NCBI GenBank assembly: GCA_037969565.1
Contig: JBBKXQ010000015.1
Span: forward strand, 40,088-104,087
Reading direction: 5' to 3'
Length of the DNA: 64,000 bases
Source: Acidimicrobiales bacterium
Lineage (GTDB): Bacteria; Actinomycetota; Acidimicrobiia; Acidimicrobiales; SZUA-35
This document shows positions 19,477 through 28,363 of this stretch, one piece after another. The position numbers and the translations under genes were made by a program. Position 1 is the first letter of the stretch, and every line of letters starts with the position of its first letter. The notes beneath the pieces were generated by a model. That model was not told the origin of the DNA. It did not search any database and worked only from the letters and a program-made list of their open reading frames with translations.

Positions 19477-21975
19477 ATGGGAGTGATTTCGGACGGTTTG
19501 GGATTCGTGCAGAACTTTGCTGCGCCCCCTGACGCCGTAGCCATCATCGTCGACGACAACGAGGTCACCTACGGCGAATTGGATCGCCGCATTGGTTCGC
19601 GAGCAGCGGAACTCGGTACAGGACGACGCCTCGTCATGATCCAGTCCTCGAACGAACTCGAACCGCTGATCACTTATCTCGCCGCGCTGCGGGCCGGGCA
19701 CCCGGTGATGCTCGTCCCATCGGACAAACCAACCGATGCCGTCGTCGCGCAATACTGCCCCGACACGATCTATTCGCAGACTTCGAGCGGCTGGACGATC
19801 GACCATCTGAACGATCGATCCAGCCACAAGTTCCACCCCGACCTCGCCCTGTTGATGTCCACCTCCGGATCGACGGGAACGTCGAAATTCGTTCGCCTCA
19901 GCTATCAGAACCTCGCCGCCAACGCTGCGTCCATCGCCGAATACCTCGATATCCGATCCGATGACCGAGCGGCCACATCGCTCCCGCTGCACTATTGCTA
20001 CGGCCTGTCAATCGTCCACAGCCATCTACTCGTGGGCGCCGGCCTGATTCTCACCGACGACTCGCTCATCGAGCCTTCGTTCTGGGAACGATTCCGCCGT
20101 TTGGGGGGCACCACCTTCCCTGCAGTGCCTTTCACATTCGATTTGCTGGATCGCATCGACTTCGCCTCGATGGATCTGCCGAGCCTCCGGTACATCACGC
20201 AGGCCGGCGGTCGTCTTGCTCCCGAGAAGGTCAAGCGATACGCCGAACTGGGCGTCGAAAAGGGCTACGACCTATTCGTCATGTACGGCGCCACCGAGGC
20301 GACGTCGCGTATGTCCTATCTGCCCCCCAGCCTCGCCGCCGAGAACCCGAACACGATTGGCCAGCCGATTCCTGGGGGCGCCTTCGATCTCACCGACGAC
20401 GGCGAGCTGATCTACAGCGGCCCCAACGTGATGATGGGCTATGCCGAGGACCCGGCCGACCTACGCCTCGGTCCAACCCTCGAGTCGCTGTACACCGGCG
20501 ACCTGGCCCGACAGACCGAGCATGGTCTCTGGGAAATCGTGGGGCGGAAGAGTCGCTTCCTCAAGATGTTCGGACTGCGCATCAGTCTTGACGCTGTCGA
20601 ATCATTCATGGGCGAAGTCGGCGGCGGTGCCGCGACCGGCACCGACGACCTGTTGATCCTCGCCACCGAGAATCCAGAAACGGGTGGCCGGCTCCAACGA
20701 GCGGCGGCAGAACGTTTCGGGTTGCCGATGTCCTCGATCGTCGTGCGAACCTATGCAGAGGTCCCCCGGTTGTCATCCGGCAAGGTCGACTATCCGGCGA
20801 TTCGGGACGCTGCGGTTCGCGAACAAGACGATGCCCCACGGACCCACATCATCGACTCCCACTCCGTTGCCGCGATCTTCGCCACCGCCCTGGGCCGAGA
20901 GGCCGTTTCCGACTCGGACACGTTCGTCTCCTTGGGTGGCGACTCGCTTTCCTACATCGAGGCTTCGATGGCCCTCGAAGACCACTTGGGCCACGTACCG
21001 GAAGACTGGCACATCACGCCGATCGGCAAACTCGACGCCATCGAACAGAGCACATCGCTGCTGCGCCAAGTAGAAACCAACGTCTTCTTGCGAGCGTTCG
21101 CAATTCTCTTGGTGGTCGGTGATCACGTCGAGCTCTTCAGCCTCCAGGGCGGCGCCCACATCCTGCTCGCGGTTGCCGGCTACAACTTCAGCCGCTTCCT
21201 CCTCAACGTGATCAGCGACACCGATTCGGTCGTGGCCTTCATCCCGACCGTGACTCGAATCGTGGTGCCAACTGTCGGTTGGATCACGCTCACGTCGATT
21301 TTGAAAGGTTCGTTCGACGCGAGGGTGTTCTTCCTGGTTGCGAGCTATTGGACCGACTCTGACGGGGGATATTGGTTCATCGAGGTCCTCGTGCAGATCT
21401 TGCTGTTGGCCGCGCTCGTCTTCGCCTTTCCTGCCGTCAGACGGCTCCACCGGCAGGCGCCCTATCCGTTCGCCGTCGGCGTTCTCGCCCTGTCCCTCGT
21501 CGCCCGATATGGAGGCAACGAGCTCTGGGACACCACCGCCATCGGATTCAAGGTTCCACACATGACCCTCTGGCTCTTCGCCATCGGATGGGTCGCCGAC
21601 CGTTCCACCACACTCTGGCAACGACTCGGCTTGTCCGCTGTGGCCCTGGCGACGATCCCGGGATATTTCGACTCCGGCTCGAGAACCCTGGTGATCGTCG
21701 CCGGGATTTTGGCCTTGGTCTGGATCGGCAAGCTCAGCTTTCCGAAACCGATCAACCGGGTTGTCGGCGTCATCGGCGGCGCATCGCTCTACATCTACCT
21801 CGTGCAATTCCAGGTCAACACCGTCGTCGGGATCGAAACACCAATCGTGCAATTCTTCGTCGCAATCGTGTTCGGCCTGCTGGCGGCGTTCATCTCCGAA
21901 CGTGTGCTCCGACAAGGCGAGCGGCTCCTTCGATCCAGGTTCGACGAGGTTCCCGCAACCGTCGAGATCGGTTGA
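19477..21975 (+). CDS. Tri-domain fusion: ANL adenylation domain, phosphopantetheine carrier domain and a polytopic acyltransferase-3-like membrane domain
   Basis: Adenylation motifs LMSTSGSTGTSKFV, YGATEA, YTGDLA, GRKSRFLKMFGLRISL and SSGKVDY. Carrier motif FVSLGGDSLSYIEA. About 9-10 TM helices starting with NVFLRAFAILLVVGDH, the AT3 TM1 Arg/His signature. Confidence 0.8.
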   Translation: MGVISDGLGFVQNFAAPPDAVAIIVDDNEVTYGELDRRIGSRAAELGTGRRLVMIQSSNELEPLITYLAALRAGHPVMLVPSDKPTDAVVAQYCPDTIYSQTSSGWTIDHLNDRSSHKFHPDLALLMSTSGSTGTSKFVRLSYQNLAANAASIAEYLDIRSDDRAATSLPLHYCYGLSIVHSHLLVGAGLILTDDSLIEPSFWERFRRLGGTTFPAVPFTFDLLDRIDFASMDLPSLRYITQAGGRLAPEKVKRYAELGVEKGYDLFVMYGATEATSRMSYLPPSLAAENPNTIGQPIPGGAFDLTDDGELIYSGPNVMMGYAEDPADLRLGPTLESLYTGDLARQTEHGLWEIVGRKSRFLKMFGLRISLDAVESFMGEVGGGAATGTDDLLILATENPETGGRLQRAAAERFGLPMSSIVVRTYAEVPRLSSGKVDYPAIRDAAVREQDDAPRTHIIDSHSVAAIFATALGREAVSDSDTFVSLGGDSLSYIEASMALEDHLGHVPEDWHITPIGKLDAIEQSTSLLRQVETNVFLRAFAILLVVGDHVELFSLQGGAHILLAVAGYNFSRFLLNVISDTDSVVAFIPTVTRIVVPTVGWITLTSILKGSFDARVFFLVASYWTDSDGGYWFIEVLVQILLLAALVFAFPAVRRLHRQAPYPFAVGVLALSLVARYGGNELWDTTAIGFKVPHMTLWLFAIGWVADRSTTLWQRLGLSAVALATIPGYFDSGSRTLVIVAGILALVWIGKLSFPKPINRVVGVIGGASLYIYLVQFQVNTVVGIETPIVQFFVAIVFGLLAAFISERVLRQGERLLRSRFDEVPATVEIG

Positions 21976-22062
21976 CCCGGGCGTCAACGGGTCCGCCCAG
22001 GCCCTGAACGTTCACGGATCGTGAAGATTGCAGATCAACGTGAGGCCTGACATCGTTCGGCC

Positions 22063-22716
22063 ATGAATGTCACGACCGCCGTCAAGCGGCGCAAATCGGT
22101 TCGGTCCTTTCTCGACACTCCGGTTTCGAATGAAGCGATCGCCGAACTACTCACGACGGCGTCTCGGGCCCCTTCCGGGGGAAACGTGCAGCCCTGGGAG
22201 ATCTTCGTCCTCAACGGCGAGGTCACCAGCCGATTCCATACCTTCCTTCGCGATCGTCCGACCGAGACGCCCGCCTACGAGGTCTACCCCGAAGGATTGA
22301 AGGAGCCCTATCGAACGGCTCGGTACGAACTCGGGATGGAGATGTACGACCTCATCGGCATCGAGCGGGATGACAAGGCCGCCCGATTCGCGCAAATGGC
22401 CAAGAACTTCGACTTCTTCGGCGCTCCGGCGGCCATCTTCTGCTTTCTCGATCGGCAGATGGGCCCGCCTCAGTGGTCCGATCTCGGCATGTTCCTGCAG
22501 ACGTTCATGCTCCTCGCAGCCGAAGCCGGGTTGGCCACCTGTCCTCAGGAAGCCTGGGCCGTCTGGGAGCAGGCCGTCTCGGAGTTCGTCGGCGCTCCAG
22601 CCGGACTCCGGCTGTTCTGTGGCGTCGCCATCGGCCACGAAGACACCGACCACCCGATCAATGCACTCGAGAGCAAACGACGCCCGCTCGATTCTTTCGC
22701 CACGTTCGTCGAGTGA
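22063..22716 (+). CDS. Nitroreductase family protein
   Basis: AVKRRKSVRSFLDTPV...ASRAPSGGNVQPW...FFGAPAAIF. Confidence 0.8.
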   Translation: MNVTTAVKRRKSVRSFLDTPVSNEAIAELLTTASRAPSGGNVQPWEIFVLNGEVTSRFHTFLRDRPTETPAYEVYPEGLKEPYRTARYELGMEMYDLIGIERDDKAARFAQMAKNFDFFGAPAAIFCFLDRQMGPPQWSDLGMFLQTFMLLAAEAGLATCPQEAWAVWEQAVSEFVGAPAGLRLFCGVAIGHEDTDHPINALESKRRPLDSFATFVE

Positions 22717-22755
22717 CGAAGGCGACGCCGGCGGCCGCTCGAACGCCCACCGACC

Positions 22756-23967
22756 TCATTTCCAGCGAACCAGATCCCGGTTGATGTCGGCAACCGTCTT
22801 GCAACCGGTGAGGGCCATCGTGCGGCGCAGACCATCGTCAAAGAAATTGATGAGGTGATCGACCCCGCGCTCTCCGGCTGCCCCGAGCGCATACAGATAG
22901 GGCCGTCCGATGGAAACTGCGGTGGCCCCGAGCGCCAGGGCCTTCACGATGTCGCTTCCCCGCCGCACCCCACCCTCAGGAATGATGGCGATCTGTCCGC
23001 CCACTTCCTGAGCGACGGGTTCGACCAACTCGATCGGATTCGGGGCGTCGTCGAGTTGTCGGCCGCCATGATTCGACAGCTTGATCCCGGCAACACCCGA
23101 AGCCACAGCCTGTTTCGCGTCGGCCACGGTCTGTATCCCCTTCAGAACGATCGGCCCGCTCCAGATCGACGAGAGCCACTCGACATCGTCCCAAGAAAGC
23201 GCAGGATCGAATTGGGAGTTGATGTAGTCGGCAAGCGAAACCGCCGATGAGCCGTCTCCCGCGCCGCCAACGACATTCGAGAAGGTGATGGGGTCATTGC
23301 GAAGGAAGTCGAGCGTCCAGCCGGGGTGAATGGCTCCGTCGACGATCGTCCCGAGACCGATTTTCGGAGGCAGGGTGTATCCCCGCCGAACATCTCGCTC
23401 CCGTCGGCCCAGCACCGCGGTGTCGACCGTGAGTTCGATCGCTTCGTACTCCGCAGCCGCTGCCCGGTCGACGAGTTCCTTCACCAGTCCGCGATCACGC
23501 CAGGTGTACACCTGAAACCACTTCGGCCCATTCGACACCGAGGCAACTTCTTCGATCGATCTCGTCCCCATCGTGGACAGGCTGTAGGGAATCCCGACTC
23601 GAGCACAGGACCGGGCGACAGCGAGTTCTCCCTGAGAGTGGGCGATCCGGGTGAACCCGGTGGGGGCGAACACCAGGGGCATCGGTATCGATCGGCCGAA
23701 CAGCATGGTGGAGGTGTCGATGTTGCTGACATCGCGCAGGATCCGCGGTTTGAACTGGAGCCGTTGATACCCGTCGACCGAACCCTGCAGCGAACGTTCA
23801 TCTTCGGCGCCGCCATCGATGTAGTCGAATACGCCGAACGGCAGTCGCCGCTTGGCCGCGGAACGAAGGTCTTCCACATTCGCCGCCCTGGCCAGGCGCC
23901 TCCGAACCGGATCGAGTTCGATCGGCTTGAACTGCACGACAGAACGAAAAGTCTCGACCATTCCCAT
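22756..23967 (-). CDS. FMN-dependent alpha-hydroxy-acid dehydrogenase/oxidase (L-lactate dehydrogenase LldD-like)
   Basis: Internal ATG of track ORF 22756..24630. FDYIDGGAEDE, WFQVY, LKGI, the catalytic motif SNHGGRQLD, and GRPYLYAL. The upstream 220 aa of the track ORF are antisense to the acyl-CoA dehydrogenase gene and are rejected. Confidence 0.85.
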   Translation of the reverse strand: MGMVETFRSVVQFKPIELDPVRRRLARAANVEDLRSAAKRRLPFGVFDYIDGGAEDERSLQGSVDGYQRLQFKPRILRDVSNIDTSTMLFGRSIPMPLVFAPTGFTRIAHSQGELAVARSCARVGIPYSLSTMGTRSIEEVASVSNGPKWFQVYTWRDRGLVKELVDRAAAAEYEAIELTVDTAVLGRRERDVRRGYTLPPKIGLGTIVDGAIHPGWTLDFLRNDPITFSNVVGGAGDGSSAVSLADYINSQFDPALSWDDVEWLSSIWSGPIVLKGIQTVADAKQAVASGVAGIKLSNHGGRQLDDAPNPIELVEPVAQEVGGQIAIIPEGGVRRGSDIVKALALGATAVSIGRPYLYALGAAGERGVDHLINFFDDGLRRTMALTGCKTVADINRDLVRWK

Positions 23968-24075
23968 CAAGCGATCGTAGGTCTTCTCGTCTTGGTCGGT
24001 GAATGCTTCGTCAGCAAATGGTTTTGTCAGTGAAGGCTTTGACAGGGTTCGGGCCGCAGCGATACACAACGGCCC

Positions 24076-25296
24076 ATGTCTGATGCGCTGGTTTCCGCCG
24101 ATTCCGAGATGAAGAAGGTGGAGGACGCCCTCGCCGACTTCCTTCGAGACAGCGATCCGGCGGCACTCTCGAGAGAGGAGTTCCTCGGCCGGCAGTTCGA
24201 TCACGGTCTGGCTTGGGTGGATTTCCCCGAGGGCCATGGGGGTCTCGGCGTGCAGCCTCACCTGCAGAAGGAAGTGTCCAAGCGGCTCCGCGACGCAGGC
24301 GGGCCGATGATGGATCCAAGCACGTTCTTCATGTTCTTGGCCGGGCCAACCATCGTCACTCACGGCACCGAGGAACAGAAGCAGCGCTATCTCCGTCCGA
24401 TGTTCACCGGCGAGGAGAAATGGTGTCAGCTGTTCTCCGAACCAGGCGCCGGCAGTGACTTCGCCGGTCTGGGCACCAAGGCGTTGCGGGACGGCGACGA
24501 ATGGATCGTCAACGGGCAGAAGGTCTGGAACACCTTGGCCCACCTCGCCGATCTCGGCATGTTGGTGACTCGCTCCGATCCCAACACACCGAAGCACAAG
24601 GGCATGACCTACTTCGCCGTCGACATGCATTCGCCGGGTCTCGAAGTGCGGCCCTTGCGTCAGATCACGGGCGAGGCCGAATTCAATGAGGTCTACCTCA
24701 CCGATGTCCGCATCCCCGATGCCAACCGCATTGGCGATGTCGGTGACGGTTGGCGGGTCTCGCTCACGACGTTGATGAACGAGCGCAACGCCATCGGTAC
24801 CGGGTCGGGTGGTCCACCCAAACGGGGTTCGGGTTCGATCGCGGCCGTCATCGGCGTGTGGAACGATCTCCCCGAGGAGGCCAAGACCGAAACGCGGCGA
24901 GCCCAGGTGATGGAGGTGTGGACGAGGGCCGAGGTCCTCAGACTCACGAACATCCGAGCGTCGCAGAACCGCCGGTCAGGAACGCCAGGCCCGGAGATGT
25001 CTGTGGCCAAGCTCGCAGCCGGCGCGCTCAACCAGGAGATCATGAACCTCTGCGTCTCGCTTCGTGGGGCCGCCGGAATGGTCGGCTACGACTACACGTT
25101 CCGACGTCCGGAAGACCTTTCGGTATCCGGCATCGAGAACGGGATCGGCCACGCATTCCTTCGGGTCCGAGCCAACTCGATCGAGGGCGGTACATCCGAG
25201 ATCATGCGAAACATCATCGGGGAACAGGTGTTGGGCCTGCCCGGCGAGCCCCGCGTCGACAAGTCCGTCAACTGGGTCGACGTACCCCGAAACTGA
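24076..25296 (+). CDS. Acyl-CoA dehydrogenase family protein
   Basis: WCQLFSEPGAGSDFAGLGTKA...GDEWIVNGQKVWNT...IEGGTSEIMRNIIGEQVLGLP. Confidence 0.85.
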   Translation: MSDALVSADSEMKKVEDALADFLRDSDPAALSREEFLGRQFDHGLAWVDFPEGHGGLGVQPHLQKEVSKRLRDAGGPMMDPSTFFMFLAGPTIVTHGTEEQKQRYLRPMFTGEEKWCQLFSEPGAGSDFAGLGTKALRDGDEWIVNGQKVWNTLAHLADLGMLVTRSDPNTPKHKGMTYFAVDMHSPGLEVRPLRQITGEAEFNEVYLTDVRIPDANRIGDVGDGWRVSLTTLMNERNAIGTGSGGPPKRGSGSIAAVIGVWNDLPEEAKTETRRAQVMEVWTRAEVLRLTNIRASQNRRSGTPGPEMSVAKLAAGALNQEIMNLCVSLRGAAGMVGYDYTFRRPEDLSVSGIENGIGHAFLRVRANSIEGGTSEIMRNIIGEQVLGLPGEPRVDKSVNWVDVPRN

Positions 25297-25310
25297 TCGA
25301 GAGCTCCCGC

Positions 25311-26345
25311 ATGCCAACCAGATCTCTTCCCGGCTACGACGTCACCGCCGTCGAGGCGTGGATCGAGAACAACGTCGTCGGCCTCGCTCCCCCGTTCACC
25401 TGGGAGCGTCTCGAGGGCGGACACTCCAACCTCACCTACGCGTTGACCGACAGCCAAGGCCGGCGGGCCGTGATTCGTCGGCCACCCGAGGGACAACTGC
25501 TGCCCAAGGCCCATGACATGGGTCGGGAGTTCAAGGTGATCAGCGGCCTGGGCCCCACGGGTGTTCCGGTTCCGGTCGCTTACGGGTTCTGTGAAGACAC
25601 CACGGTCACTGGCGCACATTTCTACGTGATGAGCCAGGTCGACGGACGAGCGCTCTACAACTCGGAGGACTCAACAGAACATCTTTCGGTCGAGGCTCGT
25701 GGTCGGGTTGGCTCGTCCTTCGTCGACACATTGGCCGCGCTCCATGCTGTCGATCCCGCCGAGGTCGGCCTCGACGAACTCGGCCGCCACGACGGCTACG
25801 TGAGCCGACAACTCCGCACATGGTACGGATCGTGGAACATGTCCAAGGAGGCCGCCGACTACGACGATGCCCGTGTCCACGAACTCCACGATCATCTCCT
25901 CGCCAACATCCCCGAGCAGGGCCCGGCCCGAATCGTGCACGGCGACTTCGGACTGCACAACTGCATGTTCAGCCCCGACGGCACGGTCAACGCCGTACTC
26001 GATTGGGAGATCGCAACACTCGGTGATCCGTTGGCCGACTTCGCCTATGCCCTCAACGCCTGGGGCGAACCGGGATCCCCGAGCCCCCTCTCCCCCGACG
26101 GGGCAACGCAGGCCCCTGGGTTCGTTGCCCCCCAGGTGCTGGTCGAACGTTATGCCGAGAAATCGGGCCGAGACCTCGCCGAGCTGCCTTACTACCAGGC
26201 GTTCAACTACCTCAAGACGAGCTGCATTCTGCACGGGGTCTATGCCCGATATCTGCTCGGTCAGAAGAGCACCGACGGCGTCGACATCGAGGGATTGAAG
26301 GCTCGAATGATCGCCACCATCGACCGGGCCGCCGACTTGGGCTGA
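25311..26345 (+). CDS. Phosphotransferase (APH/ChoK-like kinase) family protein, the common partner of acyl-CoA dehydrogenases
   Basis: Internal ATG of track ORF 24750..26345. GGHSNLTY, catalytic HGDFGLHNCMF, LDWEIATLGDPLADF. Confidence 0.8.
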   Translation: MPTRSLPGYDVTAVEAWIENNVVGLAPPFTWERLEGGHSNLTYALTDSQGRRAVIRRPPEGQLLPKAHDMGREFKVISGLGPTGVPVPVAYGFCEDTTVTGAHFYVMSQVDGRALYNSEDSTEHLSVEARGRVGSSFVDTLAALHAVDPAEVGLDELGRHDGYVSRQLRTWYGSWNMSKEAADYDDARVHELHDHLLANIPEQGPARIVHGDFGLHNCMFSPDGTVNAVLDWEIATLGDPLADFAYALNAWGEPGSPSPLSPDGATQAPGFVAPQVLVERYAEKSGRDLAELPYYQAFNYLKTSCILHGVYARYLLGQKSTDGVDIEGLKARMIATIDRAADLG

Positions 26346-26385
26346 GCGCAACCTTGTCGTGGCCGACCAGCCAGCGCCGATTTCG

Positions 26386-27807
26386 TCAGCTGTCGAACCC
26401 GATACCGAATCGGTCGAGGAGCTTCAGCCATGGGCCTCGTGCCCCCTGGTTTTCGTCGGCTCGCTGGAGCCCGCGTTTGGTGACGGCCACCACCGCCGAA
26501 CGCAGGGGCTCGGGAGGAAACGGAAATGGCTTCTGGCGAACCATCTTCAGCTCGGTCCGTTCGGTGACGAGTCCATCCACGAGTTCCAACGCGATTCCGG
26601 CTCCGAACCGACTGGCCCCGACGCCCAATCCCGTGTAACCGGCAACCCACGCCAGCTTCCCCCCGTGTTCGGTGCCCCAGGCGCACGTGAACTGTGAGGT
26701 GGCCGCGATCGGGCCGCCCCAGCGATGGGTGAATTGCAGACCCTCGAGCTGGGGAAAGGTCTCGAAGAACTGGCCGGCGAGCAGCCGATGCGTGACGTCC
26801 TGCTGATCGAACTCCGGGCTGATCCCGTTGTTGTAGTGATAGGTGGCGTCGTAGCCGCCCCAGAGGATCCGGTTGTCGGCCGTCAGTCGCGAATAGTGGA
26901 ACTGGTTGGCCGAGTCTCCCAGACCCTGGCGTCCCGTCCATCCGATCTGTTCCATCTGATGAACCGAGAGCGGCTCGGTCATCAAGACGTGGTCGTACAC
27001 GGGGATCACGTACCGCTTGATCTTCTTGACCGGACCGTTGTAGGCATTCGTCGCGACAATGACCCGATCGGCCTGGATCGAGCCGGTTGGTGTGGTGACG
27101 ACGAGTCGGTCACCGACATCGGCGATGTCACGAACGGGGCTGTGGTCGTGGACTCGTCCGCCCAGCCGCTCGACCGCCGCTCGCAGACCCCACACGAGCT
27201 CGGCTGGGTCGAGTAACGCCGACTGCACGGGGCGGAGCAATCCGGCGATGAACGTCGGCGAGTCGACGAGCGATCTCACATCATCTCGGTCGAGCATCTC
27301 AACGGGTGAGCCCAGGGATTCGTGGAGCTCTGCGTCCTCGGCGAGCCCGTCGAGCTGCCAATCTGCGGTTGCCACATCGAGCGCGCCGGTGATCTCGAAC
27401 TTCGCGTCGATCTCGTGGCGCTCGAGTGCGGCCTCGATCTCCGCGAGGTTCTCCCGACCCATTCGGACCAGGGCCGACCGATCCTCGGGCCACATCGTGA
27501 CCCCATGACCGAGCCCGTGAGTCAGTGACTCGGCACAGAACCCCCCGTTGCGCGAGCTCGCCCCGAATCCACAGATCTCCGCCTCGAGAACAACCACGGA
27601 CCGGCCTGGCGCCGCTTCGAGGGCGTGAAGAGCAGCCCACAACCCCGAATACCCTCCTCCGACGATCACGAGATCGGCCCTCGAACGGCCGGTCAGCGAT
27701 GGAGCCGGCTCGGGACCGTCGGGGCGATCGGTCCAGAAGACCGCAGGTTTGGCATTGCTGATCAGGTCGGCGTGAGCCATGGGAATCCTCGCTGGCGAAC
27801 GTGCCAT
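26386..27807 (-). CDS. FAD-dependent oxidoreductase (DAO family, gamma-glutamylputrescine/amine oxidase-like)
   Basis: DLVIVGGGYSGLWAA...FGASSRNGGF...HRWGGPIA. Confidence 0.75.
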   Translation of the reverse strand: MARSPARIPMAHADLISNAKPAVFWTDRPDGPEPAPSLTGRSRADLVIVGGGYSGLWAALHALEAAPGRSVVVLEAEICGFGASSRNGGFCAESLTHGLGHGVTMWPEDRSALVRMGRENLAEIEAALERHEIDAKFEITGALDVATADWQLDGLAEDAELHESLGSPVEMLDRDDVRSLVDSPTFIAGLLRPVQSALLDPAELVWGLRAAVERLGGRVHDHSPVRDIADVGDRLVVTTPTGSIQADRVIVATNAYNGPVKKIKRYVIPVYDHVLMTEPLSVHQMEQIGWTGRQGLGDSANQFHYSRLTADNRILWGGYDATYHYNNGISPEFDQQDVTHRLLAGQFFETFPQLEGLQFTHRWGGPIAATSQFTCAWGTEHGGKLAWVAGYTGLGVGASRFGAGIALELVDGLVTERTELKMVRQKPFPFPPEPLRSAVVAVTKRGLQRADENQGARGPWLKLLDRFGIGFDS

Positions 27808-27827
27808 GTTGATGCGGAGTCTTGCCT

Positions 27828-27905
27828 CGATTCAGCGAATCGCTTGCACATCGCGGAATTGAATGCTAAATCTGACCTCCGATGCCGAACCAGCAAGCGA
27901 TTCCG
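27828..27905. promoter_or_regulatory. Candidate operator set in the divergent promoter region (CGATTC/GAATCG half-sites and a 13-nt long-range inverted repeat)
   Basis: cgattc agc gaatcg at 27828-27842. gcgaatcgcttgc (27835-47) is the inverse complement of gcaagcgattccg (27893-905) at 11 of 13 positions. An AT-rich core (ggaattgaatgctaaatc) lies between them. Confidence 0.4.
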
Positions 27906-27907
27906 TC

Positions 27908-28363
27908 ATGAAATCTATTGAACTCGACGAAATCGACAAATCAATCGTTCGCGAGCTGCAAATCGACGGTCGGGTTCCGTTCGCCCAACTCGGTCCAAAG
28001 GTCGGGCTGTCGCAGGCCGCCGTTCGCAATCGGATGAACCGCATGCTCGACGCCGGCGTGATGCAAATCGTTGCGGTGACCGATCCCGAAATGCTCGGCT
28101 TCGACTACCAAGCAATGCTCGGCATTCGCGTCGACCGTGATGTCACCGAGGTGGCAGCCGATCTGGCTCGTCACGACGTGATCGAGTATCTCGTGCTCGC
28201 CACGGGACGATTCGACATTTTGGCCGAGATCACCTGCATCAACGCCAGTGAATTGTTGAAGGTGATCAATCGGGTCATCCGACCAACGCCGGGAGTCGCG
28301 ACGATCGAGCCGCTGAACTATCTCAAGGTCGTCAAACAGACCTACAACTGGGGAGCCCTGTGA
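27908..28363 (+). CDS. Lrp/AsnC family transcriptional regulator
   Basis: LDEIDKSIVRELQIDGRVPFAQLGPKVGLSQAAVRNRMNRM, plus a C-terminal RAM/AsnC ligand domain. Confidence 0.85.
   Translation: MKSIELDEIDKSIVRELQIDGRVPFAQLGPKVGLSQAAVRNRMNRMLDAGVMQIVAVTDPEMLGFDYQAMLGIRVDRDVTEVAADLARHDVIEYLVLATGRFDILAEITCINASELLKVINRVIRPTPGVATIEPLNYLKVVKQTYNWGAL

Noticed and set aside
23968-24630. N-terminal 221 aa of track ORF 22756..24630. The same type of upstream extension occurs in ORFs 7586..8278, 14177..15409, 51330..53711, 24750..26345, 30940..32160, 31893..33008 and 37484..38338.
   Set aside because: The extensions overlap neighbouring real genes or intergenic DNA and are compositionally junk. Family-typical N-termini with RBS or coupled start/stop overlaps occur at internal start codons.
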